NCBI GenBank assembly: GCA_965262615.1
Contig: OZ253545.1
Span: 1,184,001-1,248,000 of the forward strand
DNA from: Alphaproteobacteria bacterium
GTDB taxonomy: Bacteria; Pseudomonadota; Alphaproteobacteria; GM7ARS4; G965262615
DNA: 64,000 nt
Direction of reading: 5' to 3'
Of the stretch, positions 39,712 through 49,137 are shown one piece after another. The notes under the pieces are model-generated. The model made no database searches and had not been told where the DNA came from. It saw only the letters and a list, made by a program, of their open reading frames with translations. Every line of letters starts with the position of its first letter. The first letter of the stretch is position 1. The position numbers were made by a program, and so were the translations under genes.

Positions 39712-40595
39712 TCAAAAAACGAGAAGTCCCCTCCCTCGCCGCCGCGATAGACTTTCGGTGGCTGCACACGACTGACCGCTTGAATATCAAACAGTTCGGT
39801 GGCTTGCGTTCCCATAGAGGGGCTTTCATCATCGTCATCTTTGCTGAGAATGAAGCTAATTGTTCCAACATTTTCGGCAAGGACAAGTTTTTCCGCCTCT
39901 TTGCCGGTGACCTCTAACAGAACATATTCTTCGGAAGCATTGGGCAGTGTTGTGCCATAGAAGGTGCGTCCGCCGATGGCGACAATGCGTTTGCGTTTCA
40001 TGATGGTGCGAGCGGCTTGTCCCAGTGTGGTGGTAAAGACCTTGAGAGGTCCGCCATCGGAGCTTTGAATCCCATCTTCCGAGATGGGGCTTGCCACTCT
40101 GAGAATAATATCCACATAGTCACCGGGCTGCAATGCTTGATTGAGACGAGAATTGACTCCCGCCTGCACGGCGACAACTTGCGTTCCTTTTTCCAAAAAG
40201 ATATAGAGCGGATTGCCATCGGAACGCAAAAAGATGTCCGCGCGCCGCAACACCTCATTGCCCAGTCGGTCACGCAAGGCGATTGACCCCTCAAGGGTGG
40301 CGATATCGTACTGATCGCTGCGAATCATGCCTTCTTCTAATTCTTTCTCGTCCATCTCGGTGATGGAAAAGTCTTCTCTGGCGAGCACGCGCCCTCTGTA
40401 GAGAGGCACCTTGCTCCGCACGACAGAAACAACGACAATAGGCTCAGGTTCGGGTTCCGGCTCGGCTTCAACGATGTCTTCTTCCACAACGGGCACGCCC
40501 TCTTCGGGAGCTTGCAAAATGGCTGCCAGCAGAAGATAGCCCACCACCCCCATGAATAAAATCAGAACAATGCCAATGACGCGTCTTTGATTCAT
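39708..40595 (-). CDS. cpaB: Flp pilus assembly protein CpaB/RcpC
   Basis: TM segment, SAF domain, LQPGDYVDI and LEVT...AEKLVLA. Confidence 0.88.
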   Translation of the reverse strand: MNQRRVIGIVLILFMGVVGYLLLAAILQAPEEGVPVVEEDIVEAEPEPEPEPIVVVSVVRSKVPLYRGRVLAREDFSITEMDEKELEEGMIRSDQYDIATLEGSIALRDRLGNEVLRRADIFLRSDGNPLYIFLEKGTQVVAVQAGVNSRLNQALQPGDYVDIILRVASPISEDGIQSSDGGPLKVFTTTLGQAARTIMKRKRIVAIGGRTFYGTTLPNASEEYVLLEVTGKEAEKLVLAENVGTISFILSKDDDDESPSMGTQATELFDIQAVSRVQPPKVYRGGEGGDFSFFE

Positions 40596-41155
40596 AACGG
40601 ATATCCCATCGTGACATCATAGCCCAATATGGCAACACTGACCAGTCCCCCCACAAAAATCGCAGGGGCATAGGCAAAAGGAACAGCACGGGAGCGACTC
40701 GTCACAGACTTCACCCCATGCCGCACCACCATGCTTGTCAACAACACCAATGCCATCACACCGCCCACCAATAAGGTGATGATGAGAAACATCACGCCTC
40801 CCTCAAAGCCAATCCACAAAGAAAATGCCGACATGATTTTGACATCTCCGCCGCCAACACCATTCAAAATAAAACACACAAAACCCGCCACAAAGACAGC
40901 CAGCGACAACAATAATGACCACACCAGAGCTTGTCCGCTCCATATGCCAGCCCACAATACCAGCAATTGTTTGGCAATCCACAGTCCCACCAATCCGATG
41001 CTGAGTTCATCGGGCAGTTCGTGTGTTTTCACATCACACCATGCGCCATAGAGCAACACCGCCACAGCCGCCAAAGCCATGACCATCATGACAATAAATG
41101 GGACAGAGGAACTCATCTCCGCCAATTGTCGCAGATACAACGACTCCATTGGCAA
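40592..41155 (-). CDS. cpaA: Prepilin peptidase CpaA/TadV (A24)
   Basis: WCD...LPD, GGGDVK and PFAYAPAI motifs. Confidence 0.9.
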   Translation of the reverse strand: MPMESLYLRQLAEMSSSVPFIVMMVMALAAVAVLLYGAWCDVKTHELPDELSIGLVGLWIAKQLLVLWAGIWSGQALVWSLLLSLAVFVAGFVCFILNGVGGGDVKIMSAFSLWIGFEGGVMFLIITLLVGGVMALVLLTSMVVRHGVKSVTSRSRAVPFAYAPAIFVGGLVSVAILGYDVTMGYPL

Positions 41156-41204
41156 ATTCTAGCAAAGTTCCACAGCAAAAACAAGTCAAGTTATCAACAA
41201 TTTA

Positions 41205-42389
41205 TCAACAAGATTTCAACAGTGCCATTCCCTGCTGTAAGTCATCCATGAGATCCTGCACATCCTCTAATCCAGCGTGAATCCGCACCATGATTCCTGT
41301 GTCCTTCCAGTCAGTGACACTGCGCTCAGTGGCTGGTGCGATGGGCAAAATCAAACTCTCATAACCGCCCCAGCTGTAGCCAATGCCAAAGTGATGCAAA
41401 CCGTTCAGCATCTTATGAACAGACGACCGCTCACAAGGCATCAATTCAAGGGCGAACAATCCGCTTGCGCCGCAAAAATCACGCTTCCAAAGCTCGTGAA
41501 ATGGCTTGAAGGATGATAAACCCGGATGACACACCCGTTTGACCTGTGGCTGTTTCTCAAGCCATGTGGCAAGCGTCATGGCATTGGTCTGATGATGCCG
41601 CAGCCGCAATGGCAGTGTGCGAATGCCTCGCTGTCCCAAATAGCATCGCTCTGCCGAGACGGCATCTCCTCGCAGCATTGCCGCGCGCCGCAAGTGATGC
41701 GCCATGGATTCATCACCACACACCATGACTCCCAGCATGGCATCGGCGTGTCCCACGATGTATTTTGTCGCCGACTCCACCGCAATGTCCACCCCCAACG
41801 CCAGTGGATTAAAATAAAGCCCCGTTGCCCATGTGTTGTCCAAAACAGTGATGATGTCGTGCCGCCGCGCCAATGACACCACCGCAGGCACATCCTGCAC
41901 CTCAAAGGTCAATGACCCCGGGCTCTCCATGAAAATCACCTTCACCGTCTCATTGATGAGGTCATCCAGTGGCTGAGCGGGATCAAAATAAGTCACCGTG
42001 ATGCCGTACGAAGTCAAAAACACATCGGCAAAACGGCGGGTTGCCCCATAGACGGGGTCAGCCATCAGCACCTCATCGCCCTGTTTGAGATAAGCCGTCA
42101 GAGCAATGGTGGCGGCAGCCAAGCCGGACGATGTCGCCACGGCGAAGGTGGCATCGTTTTTTTCATCACGATATAAGTCGGCAACGGCTTCTTCAAAGCA
42201 AAAATTGGTGGGCGTTCCCATGCGTCCATAAAAGGTGCGTCCAAAAGGATGAGCGGTGGCTTCCTCCAATTCCGCCACATCGGGAAACAAAATGGTAGAG
42301 CCATGACAAATGGGCGGATTGACCAAGCCCCACCAATCATGAGACCGCCGTCCGCTTTGCACAATGCGGGTGTGTCGTTTTGAGGTCAT
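41205..42389 (-). CDS. metC: Cystathionine beta-lyase
   Basis: YGRMGTPT, ESPGSLTFEVQD, DNTW, TKYIVGH and GYSWGGYESL motifs. Confidence 0.95.
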   Translation of the reverse strand: MTSKRHTRIVQSGRRSHDWWGLVNPPICHGSTILFPDVAELEEATAHPFGRTFYGRMGTPTNFCFEEAVADLYRDEKNDATFAVATSSGLAAATIALTAYLKQGDEVLMADPVYGATRRFADVFLTSYGITVTYFDPAQPLDDLINETVKVIFMESPGSLTFEVQDVPAVVSLARRHDIITVLDNTWATGLYFNPLALGVDIAVESATKYIVGHADAMLGVMVCGDESMAHHLRRAAMLRGDAVSAERCYLGQRGIRTLPLRLRHHQTNAMTLATWLEKQPQVKRVCHPGLSSFKPFHELWKRDFCGASGLFALELMPCERSSVHKMLNGLHHFGIGYSWGGYESLILPIAPATERSVTDWKDTGIMVRIHAGLEDVQDLMDDLQQGMALLKSC

Positions 42390-43225
42390 GGTTTTGCTCC
42401 CCACTCCGCCCCCCATTCAGCCCATGAGCCGTCATACACCCGCACATGAACACCACATAACGCACATGCCGCCGTCACGATGCATGCCGTCACCCCAGAG
42501 CCACAACTGGTGACAACCTCATGCTCACAATCCAATGGCTTTGTTAAAATCTCACGCAAACGCGCGACATCATGATAGAAAATACCATCATCCTGTAGCA
42601 AAAGATTGAAAGGCACATTGACACTGCCCGCAATAGACCCACGCGCCAAACCCGCACGAGGCTCATCTTGCTCACCGTTAAAGCGAGCCGATGGACGGGC
42701 ATCAATCACCCGCACCCGTTGTTCACGCACCAACCGTTTCAGCTCGTCATAATCAATCACATGGTGGGCACGGTCATCGCGCCATGAACAGTCAACGGGT
42801 GACACCACCGTCTCTGCCTCTCCCTCCTCAAGGGGCAAGCCACACGCCCGCCATGATGGCAGCCCGCCGTGCAGAATCAACACATCCTCATGACCAAACG
42901 CGCGCAGATGCCACCACACTCGGGGACTGCTCCATGTCCCCACATCGTCATACACCACAATGGGATGGCGTGATGATATGCCGCGCTCATTCATCATGCG
43001 GGTAAAATCGTCAAGAGACGGCAGCATGTGAGGCAAAGACGATGCCTCATCCTTGATGGTGTCAATATCAAAAAAATGAGCATTGGGCAGACGGCACTCA
43101 TGGTGGCAGGCGAGCGCATCGCGCTCATCAGACGGCAGAAACCATGTGCCATTGATGATGGTGATGGGTTGCTGCTGCTGGCGTTTCTGCAGCGTCATGG
43201 CATCTATGAGGGGTGACGCAATCAT
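42386..43225 (-). CDS. sseA: 3-mercaptopyruvate sulfurtransferase
   Basis: LPHMLP, RVWW, DAR...RF, CGSGVTA and YDGSWAEW motifs. Confidence 0.95.
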   Translation of the reverse strand: MIASPLIDAMTLQKRQQQQPITIINGTWFLPSDERDALACHHECRLPNAHFFDIDTIKDEASSLPHMLPSLDDFTRMMNERGISSRHPIVVYDDVGTWSSPRVWWHLRAFGHEDVLILHGGLPSWRACGLPLEEGEAETVVSPVDCSWRDDRAHHVIDYDELKRLVREQRVRVIDARPSARFNGEQDEPRAGLARGSIAGSVNVPFNLLLQDDGIFYHDVARLREILTKPLDCEHEVVTSCGSGVTACIVTAACALCGVHVRVYDGSWAEWGAEWGAKP

Positions 43226-44235
43226 GAGGAATCATCCATCCAAGGGGGCAGAGGCAGTTGTTTTTGCAGCAAAAATTCTCGGTTATACAATTTGCTGCGG
43301 TAGCGATTGCCGTCATCACACAAGACGGTGACGATGGTTTTTCCTTTGCCCAAACGCTGTGCCAGTTTGCAAGCGGCTGCCACATTGATGCCACTGGAGC
43401 CTCCCAAAAACAGCCCTTCCTTGTCAATGAGGTGGTAGAGCATGGTCATGGCTTCGGTGTCGGTGATTTGCATTTGGTCATCAATGGGTGCGCCTTCAAG
43501 ATTGGCGGTGATGCGTCCTTGTCCGATGCCTTCGGTGATGGAACCGCCCTCCGATTTCAGTGTGCCGTGCTGATAATAATGATACAGAGCCGAGCCCATC
43601 GGGTCAGCCAGAGCAATCACAACATGAGAATTGACCTCCTTGAGCCTCATGCCCACGCCCGCCAATGTGCCGCCCGTTCCCACAGAACAGACAAAGGCAT
43701 CCACAGAATCATTGGTGGCGTGGCGAATTTCTTGCGCGGTGGTCTCATAGTGAGCGCGGCGATTGGCAACATTGTCAAACTGATTTGCCCAAATGACCGC
43801 CTCCCCCGCTTCTTGCAGTTCGGTGGCAATGCGTTCTGCCACCCGCACATAATTGGCGGGATTTTTATAGGGCACGGCTTGAGTCAGACGCAAGTCAGCT
43901 CCACACAAACGCAGGATGTCTTTTTTCTCGTCACTTTGCGTCTCAGGCATGACAATAATGGTGCGATAGCCGCGCCCTCGTGCTGCGAGAGTCAAGCCGA
44001 TTCCCGTGTTGCCCGCCGTTCCCTCAACAATAATGCCCCCTTGGGTGAGTGCACCTGATTGTTCCGCATCATCAATAATAGCGCGCGCCGCCCGATCCTT
44101 GATAGAGCCGCCCGGATTCAAAAATTCCGCCTTACCAAGAATACGGCATCCCGTTTGGTGCGACAGTGTCTGAAGTTCAATCAAGGGAGTGTTGCCAATG
44201 GCATCCCAAAATCCAGCGGCAATAGAAGCCATCAC
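43222..44235 (-). CDS. cysK: Cysteine synthase A
   Basis: IGNTPL, KAEFLNPGGSIKDR, GTAGNTG and GTGGT motifs. Confidence 0.93.
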   Translation of the reverse strand: MMASIAAGFWDAIGNTPLIELQTLSHQTGCRILGKAEFLNPGGSIKDRAARAIIDDAEQSGALTQGGIIVEGTAGNTGIGLTLAARGRGYRTIIVMPETQSDEKKDILRLCGADLRLTQAVPYKNPANYVRVAERIATELQEAGEAVIWANQFDNVANRRAHYETTAQEIRHATNDSVDAFVCSVGTGGTLAGVGMRLKEVNSHVVIALADPMGSALYHYYQHGTLKSEGGSITEGIGQGRITANLEGAPIDDQMQITDTEAMTMLYHLIDKEGLFLGGSSGINVAAACKLAQRLGKGKTIVTVLCDDGNRYRSKLYNREFLLQKQLPLPPWMDDSS

Positions 44236-44238
44236 CCA

Positions 44239-44919
44239 TCAACGATTGGCACGAGCAATGGCGATGAATTCCAATAAATCATCCTCCGACAAAAATCCTT
44301 CACTGATCTCGCCATTGGCAATCAATGTGGGCGTGGCGGCAAATCCCAATTGTTGAGACATGGCAAAGGTTTGACTCAAAATATCACTGATGCGTTGCTC
44401 TTTGGCGGCGCGAATGATGGCAACCGCATCCAATCCCTGTGCCTTGATGGCATCAATCACCTGTTGTTCTCCCAGCCGTCCTTTCATGGTGTAGAGGGTG
44501 TCTTGCAGTGTGTGGGCGGCATCCACATCCATCAACATCACCGCCAGCACAAGGCGCGCCGCCTCCACCGAGCCTCTGCCCAGGGCGGGAAATTCACGAT
44601 ACACAAGATGAATATCGCCATCCAATGCCACAACATCGCCAATGGTTTGATGCATCACGCGACAGTAGCCGCAATTGTAATCACCAAATTCCACCAGCGT
44701 CAAAGAGCCATTGGGATTGCCTCGTGACAATGCACCATCGGCAAATGCCGCGCTTTTTTCAAACTGACGCATGGTTTTTTTGCGCTCCCGTGCCGACTGC
44801 TGTGATGCCATCGCCACCGTCCATCCCTCATCATGATCATGACCATGCACCAAAGGAGGTGCGGTGACAGCAAGGACAAAAATCACCCCGCCATAAATAA
44901 GTCTGTGAATGTGTCTCAT
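44239..44919 (-). CDS. DsbA-family periplasmic oxidoreductase
   Basis: Signal peptide, His-rich start, DYNCGYC and cis-Pro ATP. Confidence 0.9.
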   Translation of the reverse strand: MRHIHRLIYGGVIFVLAVTAPPLVHGHDHDEGWTVAMASQQSARERKKTMRQFEKSAAFADGALSRGNPNGSLTLVEFGDYNCGYCRVMHQTIGDVVALDGDIHLVYREFPALGRGSVEAARLVLAVMLMDVDAAHTLQDTLYTMKGRLGEQQVIDAIKAQGLDAVAIIRAAKEQRISDILSQTFAMSQQLGFAATPTLIANGEISEGFLSEDDLLEFIAIARANR

Positions 44920-45019
44920 GAACGCCTCTGTGCTGGTAGCCAGTTTGGGTGGAATGTGATATAGCCCTTGTTTATCATAAAGTATGCCCTGCTGTCACCC
45001 GTAAAATTGCCTGATTGTC

Positions 45020-46243
45020 ATGTCTTCTTCGCCGTTTGTGCCGTCATCGTTTCCATCATTGCCTGAGATTGCGGGCGTGACGATGGCATCGTGCCATGCC
45101 GGATTCAAAGGCAAAGCCAAAACCGATTTGGCGTTGTTTTTGCTTGCCGAAGGCAGCCGGGTGGCGGGTGTGTTTACCTCTTCCTTGTGTGCATCGGCGG
45201 CGGTGCGCTGGTGTCAGAAATCTTTGCCTCATGGCGGCATTCGCGCGTTGGTTGTCAATTCGGGCAACGCCAATGCCTTTACCGGCAAAGCGGGACGGCA
45301 AAGCGTCAATGACACCGCACAACACCTCAAGCAAAAACTGAATGTGTCATCACACGATATTTATCTCGCCTCCACAGGCGTGATTGGCGAGCCAATAGAT
45401 AGCCAGCGCATCAATGAGGCATTGAATACCCTCATGCACAAACAACGCAGTGACGGCTGGGAACAAGCGGCGCGCGCCATCATGACCACCGACCAATTTC
45501 CCAAAGGCAGCTGCCGTCAATTCACCATTGGGGATTATCCCGTTTCTATCGCGGCGATTGCCAAAGGCGCGGGCATGATTGCTCCCGATATGGCGACCAT
45601 GCTGTGTTTTATATTCACCAATGCCAACATCGCACAGCCGGTGTTGCAACAGATTTTGACGAGGCAAAACGCTTCCAGTTTTAACGCCATCACTGTGGAT
45701 GGTGATACCTCCACCTCCGACAGCGTTCTTCTCATCAGCACGGCTGACAGCAATTCGCGAGCCATCACATCCATGAGGGATGAAGGGGCAGAGCCATTCG
45801 CCCAGCATCTGCACGCCGTGATGCACGACCTCGCCCTGCAAATTGTGGGAGACGGCGAAGGTGCGCGCAAACGCATCGCCATCCATGTGCAAGGCGCAAC
45901 CAGTGATGATGCCGCTCGCATCATCGCTTTTTCCATCGCCAATTCACCCCTTGTCAAAACCGCCATGGCGGGCTCTGACCCCAACTGGGGACGCATCGTC
46001 ATGGCGATTGGCAAGGCGGGACAACACGCCGACCCCGACCATATCTCCATCAGTCTGTGTGGCATCGCCGTCACCCACCACAGTGAGCCACAGCCACACG
46101 ACCGCACCCTTCTCACACAGCTCATGCAACAAGACGAACTCACCATCGCTGTTCATCTGCATTTGGGAACGGGGAATTTTACCGTTTGGACCAGCGATCT
46201 CAATCATCACTACATCACCGTCAATGCCCACTACCGCAGCTAA
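45020..46243 (+). CDS. argJ: Bifunctional ornithine acetyltransferase
   Basis: NSGNANA, STGVIG, IMTTD, DMATML, DGEGA and DPNWGR motifs. Confidence 0.98.
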   Translation: MSSSPFVPSSFPSLPEIAGVTMASCHAGFKGKAKTDLALFLLAEGSRVAGVFTSSLCASAAVRWCQKSLPHGGIRALVVNSGNANAFTGKAGRQSVNDTAQHLKQKLNVSSHDIYLASTGVIGEPIDSQRINEALNTLMHKQRSDGWEQAARAIMTTDQFPKGSCRQFTIGDYPVSIAAIAKGAGMIAPDMATMLCFIFTNANIAQPVLQQILTRQNASSFNAITVDGDTSTSDSVLLISTADSNSRAITSMRDEGAEPFAQHLHAVMHDLALQIVGDGEGARKRIAIHVQGATSDDAARIIAFSIANSPLVKTAMAGSDPNWGRIVMAIGKAGQHADPDHISISLCGIAVTHHSEPQPHDRTLLTQLMQQDELTIAVHLHLGTGNFTVWTSDLNHHYITVNAHYRS

Positions 46244-46655
46244 CCACACCATCGTCATGGCATCCTTACGCAATGGACAAGGACAGTGCCTCATCACCTC
46301 TCGCCCTCAGGGCAAACGCATGGCGGGGGCATGGGAATTTCCTGGCGGCAAGGTGGAGGCGGGCGAAAGCCTCACCCAAGCATTGGTGCGAGAACTTCGT
46401 GAAGAACTGGGAATCGTCACCGATGAGACCGCCTTTGTTGTCGTCACGCGCCATGATACGAAACGGCTGGCTCTGCATCTGTTTTTTTATCCCCATGCCA
46501 TTGAGGAGGTCATCGCCAAAGAAGGACAGGACATTCAATGGATTGACCCCTCCGCTTTTCCTATTGACAAAATGCTTCCCGCCAATAAACATCTCATTTC
46601 CCCCCTGCTGACTTTGATTGACCATTATGACCGTAGCCAAATCCCGTCCCGTTAA
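46224..46655 (+). CDS. mutT: 8-oxo-dGTP diphosphatase (Nudix)
   Basis: WEFPGGKVEAGE...RELREELG; follows argJ. Confidence 0.88.
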   Translation: MPTTAANHTIVMASLRNGQGQCLITSRPQGKRMAGAWEFPGGKVEAGESLTQALVRELREELGIVTDETAFVVVTRHDTKRLALHLFFYPHAIEEVIAKEGQDIQWIDPSAFPIDKMLPANKHLISPLLTLIDHYDRSQIPSR

Positions 46656-48396
46656 ATCTCTCAGCGGCTTGCTTGCCCTGATGTGGCGTTATCCCTTCAA
46701 GCTGTTGGGAGCATTGAGTGGCGTGGCGTTGTCGGCACTGCTCACCTTGAGCGTGGGGGCGGCGGCATCGGAGGTGGTGGATCAGATGTTTCAAGGAGAG
46801 TCTCTCCTCTCGGCGACCCAATTGATTTTTTTCATCGCCTTGTTCTTTTTCTTGCTGGCGATTGCATCGGGCGTACGGTTGTATTTCATCGGCTGGGTGG
46901 GCGAGCGGGTGATGGCGGATTTACGCAATCGCCTCCATCGCCACATTCTGCGCCAGCCACCCGCTTTTTTTGAACTCAGACGCACCGGCGACCTCATCGG
47001 ACGCATCACCACCGATTCTGCCATCATTCAAACGCTCATTGTCTCCACAGGGTCTATGGCGTTGCGCAATTTGTTGGTGGTGGTTTTTTCCATCATTGCC
47101 ATGTTTTATCAAAGTCTGACGCTGTCGCTCGCCCTCTTCATCACCATGCCGCCCATGATGATTGCCATCATTTTTTGTGCCCGCAGGGTTCGCATGTTGT
47201 CCAAAAAAAGCCAAGAGACTCTTGCCTCTGTGGGCAGTCACACCGAACAAAGTCTCAGTGGCTTGCGCATCATTCAGGCATTTGGCAATGAAGAGCGTGA
47301 TGTGAGTCAGTTTGCCTCCAAAGTGGAAGAGAGCTTTGATGTGGCGCGCGCCCGCCTGCGGATGCGAGCACTGCTCACATCCTTGGTGCTCATAGGCGTG
47401 ATTGTGGGCATTGGCTTGATGATTCATATCGGCGTGGATGAAGTCAAAAGCGGAGCGATGTCGCCTGGTGACTTCACCGGCTTCATCTATTACGCCATCC
47501 TCTCGTGTGCCACCGCGGGCGTTTTGAGCGAATCTCTGAGTGATGTCATGCGCGCCGCCGGCGCAGCCGATCGCCTGTTTGATATTTTGGCTCATGACAC
47601 CCCCGTGCGCCAACAAGAACCCACCGTGCACATCACCAAACCTCAAGGCAGCATCGCCATTCAATCCTTGTCATTCACCTATCCATCGGGACACAAAGCC
47701 CTTGCCCTTGATGATTTCACCATGTCCGTTGCTGGTGGCGAGCATGTGGCTTTGGTGGGACCTTCGGGGGCGGGCAAATCCACCGTCATGCTGTTGCTGC
47801 TGCGCTTTTATGAATCGCAAACCGGCAGCATCACCATTGATGATGCCAACATTCGTCAAGTGCCGCTATCGGAACTGCGGTCGCTGTTTGCCTTTATTCC
47901 CCAAGAGACCATTATTTTTGCCGGCACTTTGCGGGATAATCTGACCTATGCCAATGAGTTCGCCAGCGATCGCGATTTTCATGAGGCTCTGGAGAAAGCC
48001 GCACTGGGTGACCTTGTGAGCTCCCTTCCTGATGGATTGGATACCGAAGTGGGTGAGCGAGGACTCTTATTGTCTGGCGGCGAGCGGCAGCGTCTGTCGC
48101 TGGCACGGGCATTTTTGCGCCGCCCGCGTATTCTCCTGCTGGATGAGCCCACCAGCGCACTGGACTCTCATCATGAAAGTGAAATCTCCGCTTCGCTGCA
48201 AGAACTCATGCACGGACGCACCAGCATCACCATTGCCCATCGCCTTGCCACCGTGCAAAATTCCGACCGCATCATTGTCATGGACCGCGGCAAAGCCATT
48301 GGGGACGGCAATGACGCTTTTCTCATGAAAAATAATGACCTCTATCGTCACCTAAAAAATCTGCAATTTAGAACCATTCCCCCTAAAAAAACCTGA
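46627..48396 (+). CDS. ABC exporter, fused permease/ATPase
   Basis: Six-TM domain; GPSGAGKS, LSGGERQR, LLLDEPT and IAHRL motifs. Confidence 0.93.
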   Translation: MTVAKSRPVKSLSGLLALMWRYPFKLLGALSGVALSALLTLSVGAAASEVVDQMFQGESLLSATQLIFFIALFFFLLAIASGVRLYFIGWVGERVMADLRNRLHRHILRQPPAFFELRRTGDLIGRITTDSAIIQTLIVSTGSMALRNLLVVVFSIIAMFYQSLTLSLALFITMPPMMIAIIFCARRVRMLSKKSQETLASVGSHTEQSLSGLRIIQAFGNEERDVSQFASKVEESFDVARARLRMRALLTSLVLIGVIVGIGLMIHIGVDEVKSGAMSPGDFTGFIYYAILSCATAGVLSESLSDVMRAAGAADRLFDILAHDTPVRQQEPTVHITKPQGSIAIQSLSFTYPSGHKALALDDFTMSVAGGEHVALVGPSGAGKSTVMLLLLRFYESQTGSITIDDANIRQVPLSELRSLFAFIPQETIIFAGTLRDNLTYANEFASDRDFHEALEKAALGDLVSSLPDGLDTEVGERGLLLSGGERQRLSLARAFLRRPRILLLDEPTSALDSHHESEISASLQELMHGRTSITIAHRLATVQNSDRIIVMDRGKAIGDGNDAFLMKNNDLYRHLKNLQFRTIPPKKT

Positions 48397-48432
48397 CATC
48401 CTATGCTAGAACACCTGTGAGGACACATCGTC

Positions 48433-49137
48433 ATGGCGCGCACCCCCCAAAACGAACCGAAAGATTCTCTCCTGCAAGAGATTGAAGGCGAGCTCAAAAA
48501 AGAACGCCGTCTCAAATTATGGAATCTTTACAAAAAGCCCATCATCTACGGCACGGCGGCGGTGGTGATCGTTTTTGCGGGCGGCATCAGCTATCGCAAC
48601 TACCGCATCGCTCAACTGGAGAGCTGGGGTGATTCCTACAGCCGCGCCCTTGACTCCATTGAGGAAGGCTCGCAACAGCGTGCCCTTCGTCAATTGCAAC
48701 AGCTGCAAACGGAAACCTCAGGCTATTATGAGGATCTCACGCTGCTGCAAGAGGCTGCGGTGCGCTCACGAGAAGGCGACCATGAGCGCGCCGCCGCTAT
48801 TTATGCCGACCTGCAACTCTATAGCCGCACACCTTTGGTGCGCGAGCTGGCGACCATCTTGTGGGTCTATCATCAGCTGGATGACGAAGAGCCCGCTCAG
48901 CTGCGAGGACGCATTCAACCCTTCATGAGCCAAGACAACACATGGCATGGAACGGCTCTTGAATTGGAGGCACTGATTTTACTCAAAGAAAAAAAAGAAG
49001 ACGATGCCATCCTGATGTTTGAACAAATCGCTACCACCGATCGCTTTCCTCAAGGTTTGCGGGGACGCGCTCGCGATATGCTGTCATGGCTGGGCAAGCC
49101 TCTTGATGAGCCCGCAAAGGATTCTCCCCTTCCATGA
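48433..49137 (+). CDS. YfgM-like TPR membrane protein
   Basis: Single TM followed by helical repeats; conserved position before the PQQ protein and der. Confidence 0.8.
   Translation: MARTPQNEPKDSLLQEIEGELKKERRLKLWNLYKKPIIYGTAAVVIVFAGGISYRNYRIAQLESWGDSYSRALDSIEEGSQQRALRQLQQLQTETSGYYEDLTLLQEAAVRSREGDHERAAAIYADLQLYSRTPLVRELATILWVYHQLDDEEPAQLRGRIQPFMSQDNTWHGTALELEALILLKEKKEDDAILMFEQIATTDRFPQGLRGRARDMLSWLGKPLDEPAKDSPLP

Noticed and set aside
41191-41211. DnaA boxes / replication origin
   Set aside because: TTATCAACA deviates from the consensus, overlaps the metC stop, sits in a 50-bp gap, and is better explained as a stop-codon duplication.
45843-46223. N-terminal extension or fusion on MutT
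   Set aside because: Alternative-frame overlap with argJ; the Nudix domain starts near 46224.
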